The notes beneath the pieces are model-generated. The model saw nothing but the letters and a program-made list of their open reading frames with translations. It had not been told where the DNA came from and did not search any database. Shown in pieces: positions 61,750-64,000 of a stretch of DNA of 64,000 nt. A program made the translations under genes and the position numbers. The stretch lies in the NCBI GenBank assembly GCA_963785235.1, contig CAWAUM010000003.1, positions 32,001-96,000 on the forward strand. The letters run 5' to 3'. Position 1 is the stretch's first letter; each line of letters starts with the position of its first letter. The DNA is from an uncultured delta proteobacterium. Its GTDB lineage: Bacteria > Desulfobacterota > Desulfomonilia > UBA1062.

Positions 61750-62817
61750 TCACGCCACTGCATAACCTGCAACCTTATCCCCGACCTGTGTCGTAGAAAG
61801 GCCCATCTTCCCTGCTGCCTGAGACTTGATGTCTTTCTTGAGGACTTCAATGATGCCGCGTTCAATACGCTCTGCTGCAGCATCTTCGCCCAGGGTTTCC
61901 AGCATCATCTGTGCCGAAGCAATGGCAGCCAGCGGGTTGATGATGTTCATACCCGTATATTTCGGGGCAGACCCTCCTATGGGCTCGAACATGGATACAC
62001 CGCCCGGGTTGATATTGCCGCCTGCAGCTATGCCCATACCGCCTTGCGTTATTGCCCCCAGGTCGGTGATTATGTCGCCGAACATGTTCTCGGTGACCAG
62101 CACATCAAACCACTCCGGGTTCTTGACCATCCACATGCAGGTTGCATCCACGTTATAGTACTCACGCTTGATGTCGGGGTAATCCTTGTCCCCGATCTCA
62201 TGGAAGGCACGCTCCCACAGGTCGAACACATAGGTAAGAACGTTTGTCTTGCCTACCAGGGCTAATGTCTTCCTCCTGTTCCTCGTCCTCGTGTACTCAA
62301 AGGCATAACGCAGACAACGCTCCACCTGGAAACGGGTATATATCATCTCCTGCACAGCCACCTCATGAGGCGTACCCTTCATGGTGATGCCGCCTGCACC
62401 TGTGTACACTCCACCCGAGTTCTCCCTTACTACCACATAGTCGATATGTTCAGGCCCCTTGTCTTTGAGAGGGGTCTCCACATTGGGGTAGAGCTTTACC
62501 GGCCTGAGATTGATATACTGGTCCAGTTCGAACCTGAGCCGCAATAGGATCCCCTTTTCCAGGATTCCGGGTTTTACATCCGGATGTCCTATGGCGCCCA
62601 GGTACATGGCATGGTGCTTTTTCATTTCTTCGACTGCCGTTTCGGGAAGGATCTCTCCGGTACGCAGGTACCTGTCCCCACCGAAGTCGTATGGAGTAAA
62701 ATCGAGCTTTATCCCTTCAAGGGCTGCAACTGCATTAAGGACCTTGATACCCTCGGCAACCACCTCTGGACCTGTCCCGTCACCGGGAATCACTGCGATG
62801 CTGTATGAACGTGCCAT
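61750..62817 (-). CDS. leuB: 3-isopropylmalate dehydrogenase
   Basis: GDGTGPEV, NLRP, VREN, NMFGDIITD and FEP.GGSAP motifs. Confidence 0.9.
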   Translation of the reverse strand: MARSYSIAVIPGDGTGPEVVAEGIKVLNAVAALEGIKLDFTPYDFGGDRYLRTGEILPETAVEEMKKHHAMYLGAIGHPDVKPGILEKGILLRLRFELDQYINLRPVKLYPNVETPLKDKGPEHIDYVVVRENSGGVYTGAGGITMKGTPHEVAVQEMIYTRFQVERCLRYAFEYTRTRNRRKTLALVGKTNVLTYVFDLWERAFHEIGDKDYPDIKREYYNVDATCMWMVKNPEWFDVLVTENMFGDIITDLGAITQGGMGIAAGGNINPGGVSMFEPIGGSAPKYTGMNIINPLAAIASAQMMLETLGEDAAAERIERGIIEVLKKDIKSQAAGKMGLSTTQVGDKVAGYAVA

Positions 62818-63053
62818 TCTTCTACCCCTTCACTGGTATATGATGAAAACAGCGTCTGAAAACAAGCGCAATTCCTGGCTCGATATAATAAAACAGCCGA
62901 TGAAGTCAAGGACATTGGGGTATCATCATGGAGATTATCCGTTGACACTACTATGCAACTTATTTAGAGTCGGACCCGTCAGGGTGACATGTCGGAAAAG
63001 GCCGCTCCATGCCCGCCTAGGATTATTCAAGACTATGTAAGGAGAATTAAACG

Positions 63054-63812
63054 ATGTCATATGAGACTATTACCTATGAAACACATGAGAAAGGGATCGG
63101 GGTCCTGAGTTTAAACCGCCCGAATGCCTACAATGCAGTTAATCAGAAGATGGTCTTGGAGCTGGAAGCCTTCTGGCTTGAGCGTCTCTATGACCTGGAT
63201 ACGACAGTCATAATCCTGAAAGGGAACGGCGAAAAGGGTTTCTGTGCCGGTTTGGATATGAAGGAGACGGCAGAGGTTGCCCCAACCATGGATATCCCCC
63301 ACTTCTACCGTTTTCAAATGCGGCTGGCCCGATTGAATCTGGCCATGAGACGGGCCCCCCAGCCGATCATCTGTGCCGTCCATGGCGCTGCCTCCGGTCA
63401 GGGCTTCAGCTTTGCCCTGGCCTCAGATATCCGCGTTATCGCTCCGGATGCCCGGTTCAATGCAGCTTACATCAACATCGGCCTGGGCGGCGCCGACATG
63501 TCGTGCAGTTATTTTCTGCCCCGGATGATCGGAACGGGTCGTGCCTATGAGTTCATGTACACCGGGGATTTCATGTCGGCGCAGGAAGCCCTTTCCCTGG
63601 GCCTGGTCAGCAAGATAGTTGAACGTGCCGACCTGTTTGATGCCGCCATGGCATATGCAAAAAAGCTCATGACAAAGAATCCCATGGGTCTCAGACTGAC
63701 AAAAGAGGCCATTAACCTGAATATCGATACCGGTGGCCTGGAAAATGCCCTGCAGGTGGAGGACCGAAACCAGACACTTCTTTCGGTGGGACTGATCTTC
63801 AGCAAGAAGTAG
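63054..63812 (+). CDS. Enoyl-CoA hydratase/isomerase family protein
   Basis: LNRP...NA, FCAGLD and ASDIR motifs. Confidence 0.92.
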   Translation: MSYETITYETHEKGIGVLSLNRPNAYNAVNQKMVLELEAFWLERLYDLDTTVIILKGNGEKGFCAGLDMKETAEVAPTMDIPHFYRFQMRLARLNLAMRRAPQPIICAVHGAASGQGFSFALASDIRVIAPDARFNAAYINIGLGGADMSCSYFLPRMIGTGRAYEFMYTGDFMSAQEALSLGLVSKIVERADLFDAAMAYAKKLMTKNPMGLRLTKEAINLNIDTGGLENALQVEDRNQTLLSVGLIFSKK

Positions 63813-63925
63813 CGCTGAATCAGGTCGATGCGAAGGGAATGGGCCAGTTATGTGAAAGGGCTGTTGCCCTGCCTTCCACATGGCAGCGTGACATATCGCA
63901 GGTTTTGCACAGGTCCAGGGTTTCC

Positions 63926-64000
63926 CTAAAACTGTGTCTTGGCCGCCTTGTTGGCTGCAATTATGGCCTGATTGGCCATATCGATGGAACGGCCCAGGGT
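63926..64000 (-). CDS. Possible 3' end of a gene entering from the right edge
   Basis: Open frame TLGRSIDMANQAIIAANKAAKTQF*. Confidence 0.35.
   Translation of the reverse strand, partial: TLGRSIDMANQAIIAANKAAKTQF

Overview
Bacterial chromosomal window. Gene content suggests an anaerobic, probably syntrophic deltaproteobacterium (Desulfobacterota-like); this is an inference. The core (about 12.7-38.8 kb) is a formate/Mo-W island. It holds three selenocysteine formate dehydrogenases: two cytoplasmic FdhF-type alpha subunits sharing a near-identical 1.66 kb catalytic core, and one Tat-exported FdnGHI. It also holds a non-bifurcating NuoE/NuoF-like pair, FdhE, a Mo-storage-like protein, ModABC, TupABC with two TupA paralogues and a TaoR-like regulator. 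The flanks carry housekeeping genes (tRNA-Pro, pcm, hisH, lspA, queH, wrbA, acd-etfBA, xth, CIRCE-groESL, purMN, leuB) and a ZraSR-like sigma54 two-component system. Top candidates for novelty are: (1) an unannotated ~100-nt sigma54-promoted RNA with two anti-Shine-Dalgarno motifs, its own terminator and tandem enhancer palindromes, divergent from the ZraSR-like genes; (2) a family of at least five intergenic long hairpins whose arms co-vary between copies; (3) a metallophosphoesterase-nucleotidyltransferase fusion; (4) a receiver and a sensor-less kinase embedded in the sigma54 FDH operon; (5) a kinase-less Hpt-CheW fusion. Many genes carry single-base indels, which are most likely sequencing or assembly errors.
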